DNA of 63,833 bases, the filler included, from Conidiobolus incongruus B7586 (taxonomy: Eukaryota): assembly GCA_000697335.1 (NCBI GenBank). It is 45 parts of 45 records of this genome, joined end to end, with 100 filler letters (N's around TTAATTAATTAA, not from the genome) between each part and the next. Parts side by side here need not be neighbours in the genome. Positions count along the whole stretch, not along the records: positions 13,356 to 14,789 come from JNEM01000634.1; positions 14,890 to 16,326 come from JNEM01000635.1; positions 16,427 to 17,815 come from JNEM01000636.1; positions 17,916 to 19,278 come from JNEM01000637.1; positions 19,379 to 20,946 come from JNEM01000638.1; positions 21,047 to 22,249 come from JNEM01000639.1; positions 22,350 to 23,831 come from JNEM01000641.1; positions 23,932 to 25,165 come from JNEM01000642.1; 37 more parts are not named here. One strand, written 5' to 3'. A program made the position numbers and the translations under genes. The first letter of the stretch is position 1; each line of letters begins with the position of its first letter. Shown here piece by piece: positions 13,356 to 27,018 of the stretch. The notes beneath the pieces are model-generated. The model searched no databases. It was not told the origin of the DNA and saw nothing but the letters and a program-made list of their open reading frames with translations.

Positions 13356-14585
13356 TTATCAAATAAAATATTAATTTTCAATGAATATATATATTATAAT
13401 TCTTTTGATTCAAATATTAATTTATTAAAATTAGTTACTTAATTTAATTATATTTAAACCTAATAATAATCATTAAAAGTATTTTATTTTAATATTATTA
13501 AAAATCAATTATAATTCTTCTAAAATTAATCAAAATTCATAAATAACTTTTTATAATAAAAAAATTATTTAAGTAAATTATTTATTACTAGGTAAATTAT
13601 TTATTACTAGGTAAATTATTTTAAAGCTAAAAAATAATTATCTAAAACTTAATAAAATTTAAAAACTATCTCTATTCATTATATTTTAATTGTTAATAAA
13701 ATTAAAAATTATAAATAAAAATACTATATTAATGCAGATAAAGAACTATCTAAATATTTTAATATTAGTTTTATAATTAGTTTATATATATTAAAATTTA
13801 AACAAAATTTGATATATCACAATATTCAATAAGTATCTTATAATTTAATTAAAACTCAGAAAATAGCTAAAAATATTATTACTAAATAAAACCTACTAAA
13901 ATATAGCCAGAAATTAAAATTTCATAATAATTAATTATAATTAATCAATCTTAAGTCCTTTAATATAATTTTTTATCAAAATATTTTTCAAAATAATAAA
14001 TTAAGTTAAATCAACTCTTTTTATAAATTTTTTTAAATAAATATTATATTGATAAGCAAAAATTAATTATATCTAGAGATTATAATAATATATGTTATTT
14101 TTATATAATATCTAAAAGTAAATCAATTAATGATAAATTTTAAATTTTTTTAAATATAACTATTCTTAATTAATATTTTTGATATAATTTGAGAAAATAT
14201 ATTTTTTGATATGATAATTATAATATATATAAAGCTAAGGTAATAAAATATTTTCTAATCAAAAATAACTAAAAAAAAACTATCATATCTAATATATTCT
14301 TTGGATTATAACCTATATGATTATAATTTTTTTAGGTAATTAAAAAACTAGCTTATAGAGAGAAAATTTCTATATAAAAATTTAATTAATTTATTAAATC
14401 TTTAATTTTATTGTTTTATAAAAAACATTTTTTAAATATTAAAACTTTGCTAAAAGTATAGCAAAAAGTTATTAAATATAAAAAAAATATTAATTTATAT
14501 TATATTACTATTTTTAGTTTTTGTCTATTCAAATGTTTAATTTTTTCAATTATAGAAAATTCCCATTATTCAAATAATAAAATAA
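13356..14585 (+). mobile_element. mariner DD34D transposon, decayed copy, inserted in a Tc1-like copy
   Basis: GATTATAACCTATATGATTAT (DYNP.DY relic) near 14303; 3' TIR TTCCCATTATTCAAATAATAAAATAA then TA (14586-14587). Confidence 0.88.
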
Positions 14586-14587
14586 TA

Positions 14588-14789
14588 TTATGATAGTTAT
14601 AAAATAATTCTTTGCCTTTTCTAAAATAACTAGCTATTTAACTAAATTTATTAAGATATATTTTTATTAAATTAAATAAACTTATTTTAATCACTTTTAA
14701 TTTAATTTGAGTGATAATATTTAAACCATTGATTAGTCTTATAATAGGATTTTTTTAATTAAAGATATTGTTTCTTAAGATATAAATAA
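14588..14789 (-). mobile_element. Tc1-like internal fragment
   Basis: Matches 24597-24800 (ATAGTTATAAAATAATTCTTTG...CTAAAATA.CTAGC). Confidence 0.75.
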
Positions 14790-14889
14790 NNNNNNNNNNN
14801 NNNNNNNNNNNNNNNNNNNNNNNNNNNNNNNNNTTAATTAATTAANNNNNNNNNNNNNNNNNNNNNNNNNNNNNNNNNNNNNNNNNNNN

Positions 14890-16326
14890 AAATTAATATA
14901 TTTAGATATATTTAATAAATTATTAGTTAAAATTTTAATCTTTAATATCTAACTAAAATAAGTTATAAATTTACAGGTTTTTGAGATAAAGGGATATATT
15001 TCACAATATATAACCATATCTTTTTTTTTGTTATTAATTTATATAATACTAAATAGATATATTAAATTTTTTTTATTTGTATTATTATGCTTAAATTCCT
15101 TTTTAAAAAAATCTATTTATATATTAATTAACTTTATAAAAAAGATAAATCAATTTATAATATTGCTAGAATTACTAGTGTTAACTAGTTTATTATAGTT
15201 AAAATTATTAAGAATAGCAATAAAAACATATTTAAACCTAAACTTAAATTTATTAAAATTATAAATAAATATAATAAGAATTATATTTATAGGTTGATTA
15301 ATATAAGCAAATATAATATTACTATAGTAATATAGCAAAAACTATTAAATTATAAGAGAATATTAGTTAACACTAATACTATTATATATGCTATATATTA
15401 GTATAGATATCACTTATAATTCAAGAAAAAATACCCCTAATTAATAAAATTCTATTATATAGTTTAATAAGAATTTAAATATCATTATTAATATTAAATT
15501 AAAATTGATTAAAATAATATTATTTAATTTGATAAAACAAAAATATATTTTAATAGATTTAATAAAAAAGCTAAATGCTTCAGAAAAGATATAGAACTAT
15601 TTTAACTATCATGTTAATATTACCTAATAATATAATAATAAGTTAATTATTATTTGGGGATATATATTATTTTTAAGTATAAGGTGTTTTTATAAATTTA
15701 ATAAAGAAATTAATATTGAGATATATTATAATATTCTAAATAATGAATTGAAAAAAACCATTGAATTATATAGATTAAACAAATCTAATATTATTTTCCA
15801 GCAAAATAATACCTCCTATTATATTATAGCTTTTACTACCAAATAACTTAAAAATAATATGATAATACTTATAAAATAGCTTTTTTAATCTTGTAACCTT
15901 AATTTAATTCAATATTTTTGGGATTAATTAAAACAAATATTAAAGCTTTTCTCTTAGCAAAAAATTTATATCAGCTTTAAAAACATGTTTAAGAAGTATA
16001 GAACAAAATTAACCATTCTTAGTATAAGATGTTAATCGATTCTATATCCCACAAACTTAAAGAAATTAAAAAAGCTAAAGATAAATACACTAGGTTTTAA
16101 TTTTTTTTATCACCAAACCTAGAAATTAATAACTTACTTTAGATAAAATTTAAGGGTTTATATTTTAACCAATTAATAACTAAATATCAACATTTAATAA
16201 AATATATTATTAATAAATATAATAGATTTTAATTGTTTAATTTAAGCTTATTTTATTTAATATAAATCAAGTTATTAGTAAAAATAAAAGTGTTTTTGAT
16301 TTTATAACTTATTTTTACAAGTCAGT
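14890..16326 (+). mobile_element. Tc1-like DD34E transposon, decayed copy (subfamily A)
   Basis: ATG at 15087; retains TTCCAGCAA (FQQ) near 15796 and TGGGAT (WD) near 15918; right TIR up to ...ACAAGTCAGT. Confidence 0.93.
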
Positions 16327-16426
16327 NNNNNNNNNNNNNNNNNNNNNNNNNNNNNNNNNNNNNNNNNNNNTTAATTAATTAANNNNNNNNNNNNNNNNNN
16401 NNNNNNNNNNNNNNNNNNNNNNNNNN

Positions 16427-17376
16427 GTTAAATTAAATAATTAAAATCTATTTTATTTATTAGTTATTTATATTATTAAATGATAATATTTAGTTATTAA
16501 TTGGTTAAAATATAAATACTTAAATTTTACTTAATATAAGTTATAAATTTGTAGGTTTTTGGTGATAAAAAAAATTAACACTTAATATATCTATTTTTAA
16601 CTTTTTTAATTTCTTTAAGTTTGTATGGTATAAAATCAATTAACTTTATACTAAAAAGGGTTAAATTTGTTTTATTCATTTTAAACATATTTTTAAAGAT
16701 AATTTAAATATTTTGTTAAAGAGAAAGCTTTAATAACTTTTTTTAACTAATCCTAAAGATATTTAATTAGGTTAAGGTTAAGAAATTGAAAAAGCTATTT
16801 TATAACTAATATGTTGTTATTTTTAAGCTATTTAGTATTAAAAGCTATAATATAATTAAAAATATAATTTTATTAGAAAATAATATTAAATTTGTCTAAT
16901 TTATTTTATTCAATTTTTTAATTTATTATTTAGAATATTTTAATATATCTCAATATTAATTCTTTATTAATTTTACAAATATATTTTACACCTAAAAACA
17001 ATATATATTCTTAAATAATAATTAACCTATTATTATATTTTTAGATCAAATTAATATTATAGCTATAAAATAGTTTTATATCTTTTTTAAAATATCTAAC
17101 TATTTTATTAAATTTATTAAGATATATTTTTATTTTATTAGATTAAATAACCTTAATCTAATTAGTTTTAATTTGATATTAGTAATGATATTTAAACTTT
17201 TATCTAGTTTTATAATAGGATTTTTTTAATTAGGGGTGTTTTTTCTCAAGATATAAGTGATATCTATATTAATATAAAATATATATAATAGTATTTTTAT
17301 TAACTAATATTCTTGTATAGTTTTATAATTCTTATTATTTTTTTACAATAGTATTACACTTATTTATATTAACTAA
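16427..17376 (-). mobile_element. Tc1-like DD34E transposon, 5'-truncated copy (subfamily A)
   Basis: Reverse complement of the family; similarity stops abruptly near 17376. Confidence 0.9.
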
Positions 17377-17915
17377 AGATAAAAAATAATCTTATTAATT
17401 ACTTAAGAAACTCCAATTACCATAAGATTTAAGTTATATTAAAGATATTATATCCTATAAATTAGCTGATCCTATTACTTTTTGCCTATAAGTTATTTAT
17501 ATCCACAAAAATCAACAATAAAACTTAATTTAATATTATTATAAGCAGACTAATAAATATATTTTTTATCTTTATTTTTAAAAATATAATCTCTAAGTTT
17601 TTTTTGTAACCCTTATAAAAATATTGAATTATGATTAATATAAGATATTTACTTTATTCAAAAAACTTAATTTATATTAAGTAATTTTCACCTACTTTAA
17701 TAAACCCTAATAACTTTCTTTAATTCTATAGTAATTTATTATTTACTACTAATAATTACTTATTTAAGCTTATAAAACCTATTGTTGTTAATATTAACCT
17801 TTAATATTAATTTATNNNNNNNNNNNNNNNNNNNNNNNNNNNNNNNNNNNNNNNNNNNNTTAATTAATTAANNNNNNNNNNNNNNNNNNNNNNNNNNNNN
17901 NNNNNNNNNNNNNNN

Positions 17916-19278
17916 AAATTTGATAATTAAAATCTATTATATTTATTAATTATATATATTATTAAATAATGATAATTAGCTATTTATTGGTTAAAATATA
18001 AACTCTTAAATTTTACCTAAGATAAGTTATAAATTTATAGGTTTTTAGTGGTAAAAAAAATTAAAACCTAGTATATCTACCTTTAGCTTTTCTAACTTCT
18101 TTAAGTTTATGAGGTATTAAATCAACTAACTTTTTATACTAAGAAGTGTTAATCTTGTTTTATGTTTCTTAAACATATTCCTAAAACTAATTTAAATTTT
18201 TTATTAAGGGAAAAACTTTAATAACTTTTTTTAACTAATCCTAAAGATATTTAATTAGATTAATATTAAGAAATTAAAAAAGCCACTTTATAACTAATAT
18301 TTTATTATTTTTAAGCTATTTGGTAATAAAAGTTATAATTTAATAAAAGGTATTATATTACTAGAAAATGATATCAGATTTGTTTAATCAATATTATTTA
18401 ATAGTTTTTTTTAATTTATTGTTTAGAATATTTTAGTATATTTTAATATTAATTCCCTTTTTACTTTATAAAGATATCTTATATCTAAAGATAATATATA
18501 TCCCCAAATAATAATTAACCTATTATTATACTTTTAGGTAGAATTAATATAATGGTTACAAAGTAATTTTATATCTTTTTTAAATCATTTAACTTTTCTA
18601 TTAGATTTATTAAGATATATTTTTGTTTTATTAGATTAAATAGCCTTACTCTAATTAGTTTTAGTTTAATATTAATAATGATATTTAAACTTTTGCTTAA
18701 TTTTACAATGAGATTTTTTTAGTTAAGGGTGTTTTTTCTTAAAATATAAATGGTATGTATGTTAATATAAAATAAATATAATAATATTAATACTAACTAA
18801 TATTCTTATATAGTTTTATAGTTCTTGCTATATTTTTATAATAGTATTATATTTACCTATATTAACTAACCTATAGATATATTTTTTATCATATTCATCT
18901 ATAATTTTAACATACTTAAGTTTAAGTTTAAATATATCTTTATTGTTATTTTTAATAGCTTTAACTATAGTAAACTAGCTAACACCAGTAATTTTAACAA
19001 TATTATAAGTTGATTTACCTTCTTTATAAAGTTAATTGATATACAAATAAATTTTTTAGAAAGGGATTTAAATATAATAATATTAATAAAAGAAATTCAA
19101 AATATATATAAAATATTATATAAAATAATAAAAAAAAGAAAAAAATATAGTTATATATTATTAAATATATCCCTTTATCTCAAAAACCTTCAAATTTATA
19201 ACTTACTTTAGTTAAATATAAAAGGTTAATATTTTTGCTAATAATTTATTAAATATATTTAAATATATTTATTTTTTT
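17916..19278 (-). mobile_element. Tc1-like DD34E transposon, decayed copy (subfamily A)
   Basis: Whole contig is collinear with 7475-8995 in reverse; both tips clipped. Confidence 0.93.
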
Positions 19279-19972
19279 NNNNNNNNNNNNNNNNNNNNNN
19301 NNNNNNNNNNNNNNNNNNNNNNTTAATTAATTAANNNNNNNNNNNNNNNNNNNNNNNNNNNNNNNNNNNNNNNNNNNNATAAAGTATCTTTAAACTTTTA
19401 TTAAATCAAATATTTTTTATTTAATATCCCTATTATGAATTAAGAATATTAATAATATATATGATAGTTATTATATATATAAAATGAAACTTATAATATA
19501 ATAATTAAATTATAATCAATATAATTATAAATATTTTGATATATTTAATATACACTTCAGTAAAAATATTTTAAAATATAATTGATTTATATGATATTAA
19601 ATTTTAATAATATATATAATATATTATTTTCAAAATATAAGATTTCACCAATTTCTAAAAAATTATATTTAAAAAATAAAAGGTTATTATATTGATATTA
19701 TTAATTTATATTTATATATAATTTAATAAAACATTATTTAATTGCGATTTTAGAAATATTCCATTATTTAATTTTTGAAATAAGATTTAATATATAATTT
19801 AATATAAGTATTATGATATTCTGAAATTATCTTATATAAGATAATATATTAACATTTGCCTAAACTATAACTAATAACTATATTTATTCTTAATTAATTA
19901 GAAAATCTTATAATTATAAGCTATTGATAATTATAATTAATTCTATTATCATTTTAAATTAAATTTATAATA

Positions 19973-20946
19973 TTACTCTGTATTTTTAATAATGGGAATT
20001 TTTTGCAATTAAAAACAGATAAATATTTTAATATATAATATATAAAAATAAATATATAACATAAATTTAATAGTTTCTGTTATTATGGGTAACTTTTTGC
20101 AATATTTTTAATAAATTTCTAACTCTTAAAAAATAATTCTTTTTATTAAAGACTAAAATTTGATATTTCACAAATCAATTAAATTTTTTTACAAAAATTT
20201 TCTTTCTTATGAGTTAATTTTTTAATTACCAAAAGCAATTATAAACATATAGGTTATAGTCTAAAGAATATACTAGATGTAATAGTTTTTTCTAGTTATT
20301 TTTAATTAGAAAGTTTTTTATAATTTTAGATTTATATATTTTATAATTATTATATAAAATAATAAGTTTTCTCAAATTATATTGAGAAGACCAAATAAAA
20401 ATATTTTTATTTAAAATACAATGTAAAGTTTACTATTAATTAATTTTCCTTTAAAATCTAAATAAGAATAGCATATACTTTTATAATTTATTATAATAAT
20501 TAATATTCACCTATTATCAAAATACTTATTTAAAAGGATTTATAGAGGGGGTTAATTTAGCTTAATTTAACATCTTGATTTATATTTAGGTAAAAGATTA
20601 TATATAGGAATTTAAGATTTATCAATTATGATTATTTATTATAAAAGTTTAAACTTCCAATAATATTTTAACAAGTTCTATTTAACAATAATTTCTCTGG
20701 TTTTTTTAAGATTTAATTAAATTATAAGGTATTTATTTTATATTTTTATTTATTAATTTGAGTTTAAATTTAATATATATAAAATATTTATTAAACTGAT
20801 ATTAAAGTATTTAGATAATTCTTTAATTGAAATAAAAAGGTCTTTTTCAATATATTTTTTCACTCTGTTAATAATTACAAAAATAACAATTAAAGTTAAT
20901 CTTTTAAATTTTGATAGGTTTTAAGTAGTTTCTCTTTTAATTTTAA
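19973..20946 (-). mobile_element. mariner DD34D transposon, 3' three quarters
   Basis: TA + TTACTCTGTATTTTTAATAATGGGAATTTTTTGC TIR; collinear with the copy starting at 31364. Confidence 0.9.
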
Positions 20947-21046
20947 NNNNNNNNNNNNNNNNNNNNNNNNNNNNNNNNNNNNNNNNNNNNTTAATTAATT
21001 AANNNNNNNNNNNNNNNNNNNNNNNNNNNNNNNNNNNNNNNNNNNN

Positions 21047-22227
21047 ATTTATAAAAACGAAATATCACTTTATAATATTACTAGAATTTATTTTTTTAAT
21101 AAATTACTAAAATTATTAACAATAACCATAAAGATAATTTTACACTTAAAGTATATTAAAATCATAAATAAAAATTATAAAAAGTATATTTATAGGTTTT
21201 CCAATATAAGAAAATATAGTGTTATTAAAGTAATATAACAAACACTATAATATTTTAAATAAATATTAATTGATATTAACATTATTATATATGATTTATA
21301 TTAACATAAATATCACTTACATCTTTAGAAATAACACCCTCAAATAAAGAAATAATATAATAAACTTAATTAGGAGTTTAAATATTATTATTAATATTAT
21401 CCAAAACTCAATAAAATATGATTATTTAAAATAATAATAGAAAAATAAATTTTAATAAATCAAATAAAAAGATGAGATATTTTAAACAAGATTTAGAATT
21501 ATTTTATAACACTAATATTAATTATATTTAAAAATATAAATAAAAATTTATTATTATTAGGGGATATATAATATCATAAAAAATAAGTTATTTTTATAAG
21601 TTAATAAAAAAAATAATAATAATATATACTATAGTATTTTAAATAATAAATGGAAAAACACATTGAAATAATATATATTAAACAATTCTAATATTATATT
21701 CTAATAAGATAATAGCTTTTATTATATTAGAACTTATAAAACCAAATAGCTTAAAAAAGACACAATATTATTAATAAAGTAGTTTTCTGATTTTTAAATT
21801 TTAAACTTAATAAAATATTTTTAGAATTATTTTAACAAATATTATTATTTTTCACTTAGTAAAAGATTTTAATAAATTTTAAAATTATATTTAATAAGTA
21901 TAAAACAATATTAACTCTTATTAATATAAGAAGGTATTTTATTTTATAGTCTACAGACTTAAGGAAAATAGGAAAATTACAGGTAAATATATTAAGTTTT
22001 AATTTTTTTAATCACCAAAAGCCAAAAAATTTTTTACTTAATTTATATACAATTTAAAAGATTATATTTTAATTAATTTAAAACAAAATATTATCCTTAA
22101 GTAATTTAAATTATTAATTAATATATTAAATTTTATTTAATTCTTTTAAGTTAATTTTATATAATATATTTCAAGTTAATATAAATTTAATTATTTTTGA
22201 TTATGAAACTTATTTTTTAAAGTTAAT
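21047..22227 (+). mobile_element. Tc1-like DD34E transposon, divergent decayed copy
   Basis: TTCTAATAAGATAAT (F..DN) near 21699; AGGGGATATATA near 21559; eroded right TIR near 22195-22227. Confidence 0.82.
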
Positions 22228-22349
22228 AAAGTCAATTAACTAAAAATATNNNNNNNNNNNNNNNNNNNNNNNNNNNNNNNNNNNNNNNNNNNNTTAATTA
22301 ATTAANNNNNNNNNNNNNNNNNNNNNNNNNNNNNNNNNNNNNNNNNNNN

Positions 22350-23795
22350 TTATTAAAAAATAATATTTAGTTATTAATTAGTTAAAATATCAATCTTAAA
22401 ATTTTATTTAAGATAAGTTATAAATTTATAGGTTTTTAATGATGAAAAAAAAACTAAAACTTAATATATTTACCTTTAACTTTCTTAATATCTTTAAGAT
22501 TATAGGGTATAAAATCAATTAACTTTTTATATTAAAAAAGGTTAATTTTGTTTTATATCTCTTAAATATATTTTTAAAATTAATTTAAATCTTTAATTAA
22601 GGGAAAAGTTTTAATAACTTTTTTTAATTAATCTTAAAAATATTTAATTAAATTATGGTTAAAAAATTAAAGAAGTTAATATATAACTATTATCTTGTTA
22701 TTTTTAAATTATTGGTTAATAAAAATTATAATATAGTAAAAAACATTATCTTATTAGAAAATAATATTAGATTTATTTAACCTATATTATTTAATAGTTT
22801 TTTTCAATTTATTGTTTAAAATATTTTTATTATATCTTTATATTAATTTCCTTATTAACTTTATAAAGATATCTTACATTTAAAGACAATATATATTTTT
22901 AAATAATAATTAACCTATCATTATATTTTTAAGTAAAATTAATATAATAGTTATAGAATAATTTTGTATTTTTTTAAAGCATTTAGCTTTTTTATTAAAT
23001 TTATCAAAATATATTTTTATTTTATTGAATTAAATTACTTTATTCTAATTAATTTTAATTTAATATTAATAGTAATATTTAAACTCTTATCTAGTTTTAT
23101 AATAGGATTTTTTTAGTTAGGGGTATTTTTTCTTAAAGTATAAGTGGTATTTATGTTAATATAAAGTATATATAATAGTGTTAGTGTTAACTAACATTTT
23201 TGTATAGTTTTATAGTTTTTGTAATATTTTTATAATAGTGCTATATTTACTTATATTAACTAACTTATAAATATACTTCTTATTATATTTATTTATAATT
23301 TTAACATATTTAAGTTTAAGTTTAAAAGTGTTTTTATTGTTATTCTTAATAGTTTTAATTATAGTAGACTAATTAACACTAGTAATTCTAGCAATATCAT
23401 AAGTTGATTTATCTTTTTTATAAAGTTAATTAATACATAAGTGAATTTTTTTAAAAAGGGACTTAAGTATAATAATACTAATAAAAAAATTCAATATATC
23501 TATAAAATATTATAAAAAATAAAAACTAAGAGAGAAAAAAAATATGGTTATATATTGTTAAATATATCCCTTTATCTTAAAAACTTGCAAATTTATAACT
23601 TATTTTAGTTAAATATTAAAGGTTAATATTTTTGCTAATAATTTACTAAATATATCTAAATATAATTATTTATTATTAAATAATATATCTTAATTATATA
23701 TTATAATTTCAGGTAGTCTAATATATATAATTATTTTAATTATTAATTAAAATATATATATTTTTGATTTTATAACTCATTTTAATAAGTTAATA
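22350..23795 (-). mobile_element. Tc1-like DD34E transposon (subfamily A) with left TIR, inserted in a mariner end
   Basis: Left terminus TTTTGATTTTATAACTCATTTTAATAAGTTAATA then TA (23796-23797). Confidence 0.92.
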
Positions 23796-23831
23796 TAATA
23801 TATTTGAAAAATCAGAAATTAAAAAATTTCT
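23796..23831 (-). mobile_element. mariner subterminal fragment
   Basis: TAATATATTTGAAAAATCAGAAATTAAAAAATTTC is nearly identical to 32614-32648. Confidence 0.8.
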
Positions 23832-23931
23832 NNNNNNNNNNNNNNNNNNNNNNNNNNNNNNNNNNNNNNNNNNNNTTAATTAATTAANNNNNNNNNNNNN
23901 NNNNNNNNNNNNNNNNNNNNNNNNNNNNNNN

Positions 23932-25165
23932 TAACTTTATTAATTCTTAATCAAACTAATTTAAATTATAATATATAATTAAACTTATATTATTTATTTA
24001 TAATTAAATATATTTGATCCAATTATATTAACTTTTAGTTGATATATTAAAGTTTAAATTTTATTTAAGATGAGTTATAAATTTGTATATTTTGGTTATA
24101 AAAAGAAAATTAAAACTTGATATATCTATCTTTTGCTTTCCTAATTTCCTTAAGTTTATAGGATATAAAGTTAACTAACTTCTTATATTAAAAAGGATTA
24201 ATTTTGTTCTAAGCTTCTTAAATATATTCCCAAAGCTTATTTAAATTTTTTGTTGGTGGGAAAGCTTTAATTACTTTTTTTAACTAATCCTAAAAGTGTT
24301 TAATTAGATTAAAGTTAAAAGATTGAAAAAGCTACTTTATAACTATTATTTTATTATTTTTAAACTATTTGGTAGTAGAAATAGCAATATAACAAAAGGT
24401 ATTATATTGTTAGAAAATAAGATCTGATTTATTTAACTTATATTATTCAATAGTTTTTTTTAATTCATTGTTTAGAATATTTTAGTATATTTCAATATTA
24501 ATTCCCCTATCAACTTTACAAAGATACCTGATATTAGAAGATAATATATATCCCTAAACTATAATTAACCCATCATTATATTTTTAAGTTAAAATAACAT
24601 AATGGTTATAAAATAATTCTTTGTTTTTTCTAAAATATCTAGCTTTTTTATTAAATCTACTAAAGTATATTTTTGTTTCATTAGACTAAATAACCTTACT
24701 TTAATTAGTTTTAGTTTAACTTTAGTAGTGACATTTAAACTCCAATTTAACCCTACAATAAAACTTCTTTAGTTAAGGGTGTTTTTTCTTAAAATGTAAG
24801 TGGTATCTATTATAATATAAAGTATGTATAATAGTATCAGTATTAACTAATATTCTTGTATAATCTTGTAATTTTTTTATATTTCTATAATAGTATTATA
24901 TTTACATATATTAAATAACTTATAAATATATTTTTTATTATATTTATCTATAATTCTAACACACTTAAGTTTAGGTTTAGATATATCCTTACCATAATTT
25001 TTAATAGCTTTAGTTATAATACACTAGCTAGAACTAGTAATTCCAACAATCTCACAAATTGATTTACCTTTATTATAGAGTTGATTAATATATAAGTGAA
25101 TCTTTTTAAAGAGGGATTTAAGTATTTTAATACTAATATTATTTAAAATAATAATTTACAATAAT
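23932..25165 (-). mobile_element. Tc1-like DD34E transposon, decayed copy (subfamily B)
   Basis: Reverse strand retains TCTAATGAAACA (S.ET) near 24675-24686; 3' flank shared with 34267-35650. Confidence 0.92.
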
Positions 25166-25268
25166 NNNNNNNNNNNNNNNNNNNNNNNNNNNNNNNNNNN
25201 NNNNNNNNNTTAATTAATTAANNNNNNNNNNNNNNNNNNNNNNNNNNNNNNNNNNNNNNNNNNNNATA

Positions 25269-26836
25269 CACTAGCTTGCAAAAATAAGTTATAAAATTAA
25301 AAATATAAATATTTCTATTAATATCTTGATTAATACTAATTTAAATAAATTTATATTAAACTATATAATTGCTATATATTTTTTATTTATAATATAATAT
25401 ACAAAATTAAATCTAATTAATTATTAATTGACATATTATAATTAAAACTATATCTAAGATAAGTTATAAATTTGTGGGTTTTAGTATTGATAGAAAAATT
25501 AATATCTAGTATATCTATTTTTTGCTTTTCTAATTTTTTTAAGTTTATAGGGTATAGAGTCAACTAGCTTATTATATTAAGCAAGACTAATACTATTCTA
25601 AGCTTCTTGAATATACTCTTAAAAGTAATCTAAATTTTTTCTAGGGGGAAAGCTTTAATTGATTTTTTTAATTAATCCCAAAGATATTTAATTAAATTAA
25701 AATTAAAAAATTGAGGAGGTTATTTTATAATAATTATTTTATTATTTTTAAGCCATTTAATAATAGAATTTGCAATATAATAAAAGGTATTATCTTGTTA
25801 GAAAATAATATTTGATTTATTTAACCTATATTACTTAATAGTTTTTTTCAATTTATTATTTAGAATATTTTAATAAATTGTAGCATTAATTCCCCTATTA
25901 ATTTTATAAAGTTACCTTATATCTAAAGATAACTTATATCTTTAAACTATAATTAACTTACCATTATATTTTTGGGTTATAATAATATCAAGGTTATAAT
26001 ATAGTTTTTTATCTTTTTTGAAATATTTAGTTTTATTATTAGATTTATTAAAATATATCTTTGTTTTATTAGATTAAATAACTTTACTTTAGTTAGTTTT
26101 AATTTAACTTCAATATTTGTATTTAAACTCCCACTTAGTTTTATAATGGGATTTTTTTAATTATGGTTATTTTTTCTTGAATTATAAGCAATATATATTC
26201 TAATATAAAGTATATATAATAGTATCAATATTAACTAATATTCCTGTATAGTCTTATAATTCTTGTCATATTTTTACAATAGTATTATATTTACCTATAT
26301 TAACTAATCTATAAATATATTTTTTATGATATTTATCTATAATCTTAATATACTTAAATTTTAATTTAAGTGCTTTTTTAACATTGTTCTTAATAACCTT
26401 AACTATAATAGATTAGCTAATACTAGTAATTCTAGCAATCTCATAAGTTAATTTATTTTTATTAAAAAGTTGATTAATATATAAATGAATTTTTTTAGTA
26501 AGAGATTTAGGTATTATAAAATTAATTTTAAAATATTAGCTTAATAATTTTATAATATATATAATATAACCAAAGAAAAAGAAAATATATATAAGTTTTG
26601 TTATTTATACCCCTTTAATATATAAACTTAGAAATTTATAACTCATTTTGGTTAAATTTTAAGTATTGAAATATTAACCAATAGTTAAAGCAATATAATC
26701 AAATATAATTTATTATAATCAATTAATATAGATAAATTATTTATTTTAATTTAAATTAATTTAATTAAAAATTATTTAAAATATAGGTAAATATATAAGT
26801 AATTTTGATTTTATAACTTACTTTTGCAAGTTAGTA
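25269..26836 (-). mobile_element. Full-length Tc1-like DD34E transposon (1568 bp, subfamily C), both TIRs and TA duplication
   Basis: TA-CACTAGCTTGCAAAAATAAGTTATAAAATTAAAA ... TTTTGATTTTATAACTTACTTTTGCAAGTTAGTA-TA; retains CCTCCTCAA (PPQ) and TGGGAT (WD) on the minus strand. Confidence 0.95.
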
Positions 26837-27018
26837 TATAAATGAATAATAATAATCTAATTATTCAAATCCTAATTAATTTTTTAATATAAGTTTCTTA
26901 ATATAAAAAATTTATTAANNNNNNNNNNNNNNNNNNNNNNNNNNNNNNNNNNNNNNNNNNNNTTAATTAATTAANNNNNNNNNNNNNNNNNNNNNNNNNN
27001 NNNNNNNNNNNNNNNNNN

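Noticed and set aside
13573..13620. 19-bp tandem duplication (GTAAATTATTTATTACTAG, about 2.5 units)
   Set aside because: Private slippage-type event inside one dead mariner copy.
15150..15338. 62-aa minus-strand ORF
   Set aside because: Antisense to a plus-strand Tc1-like transposase relic; low-complexity I/N/F/Y product.
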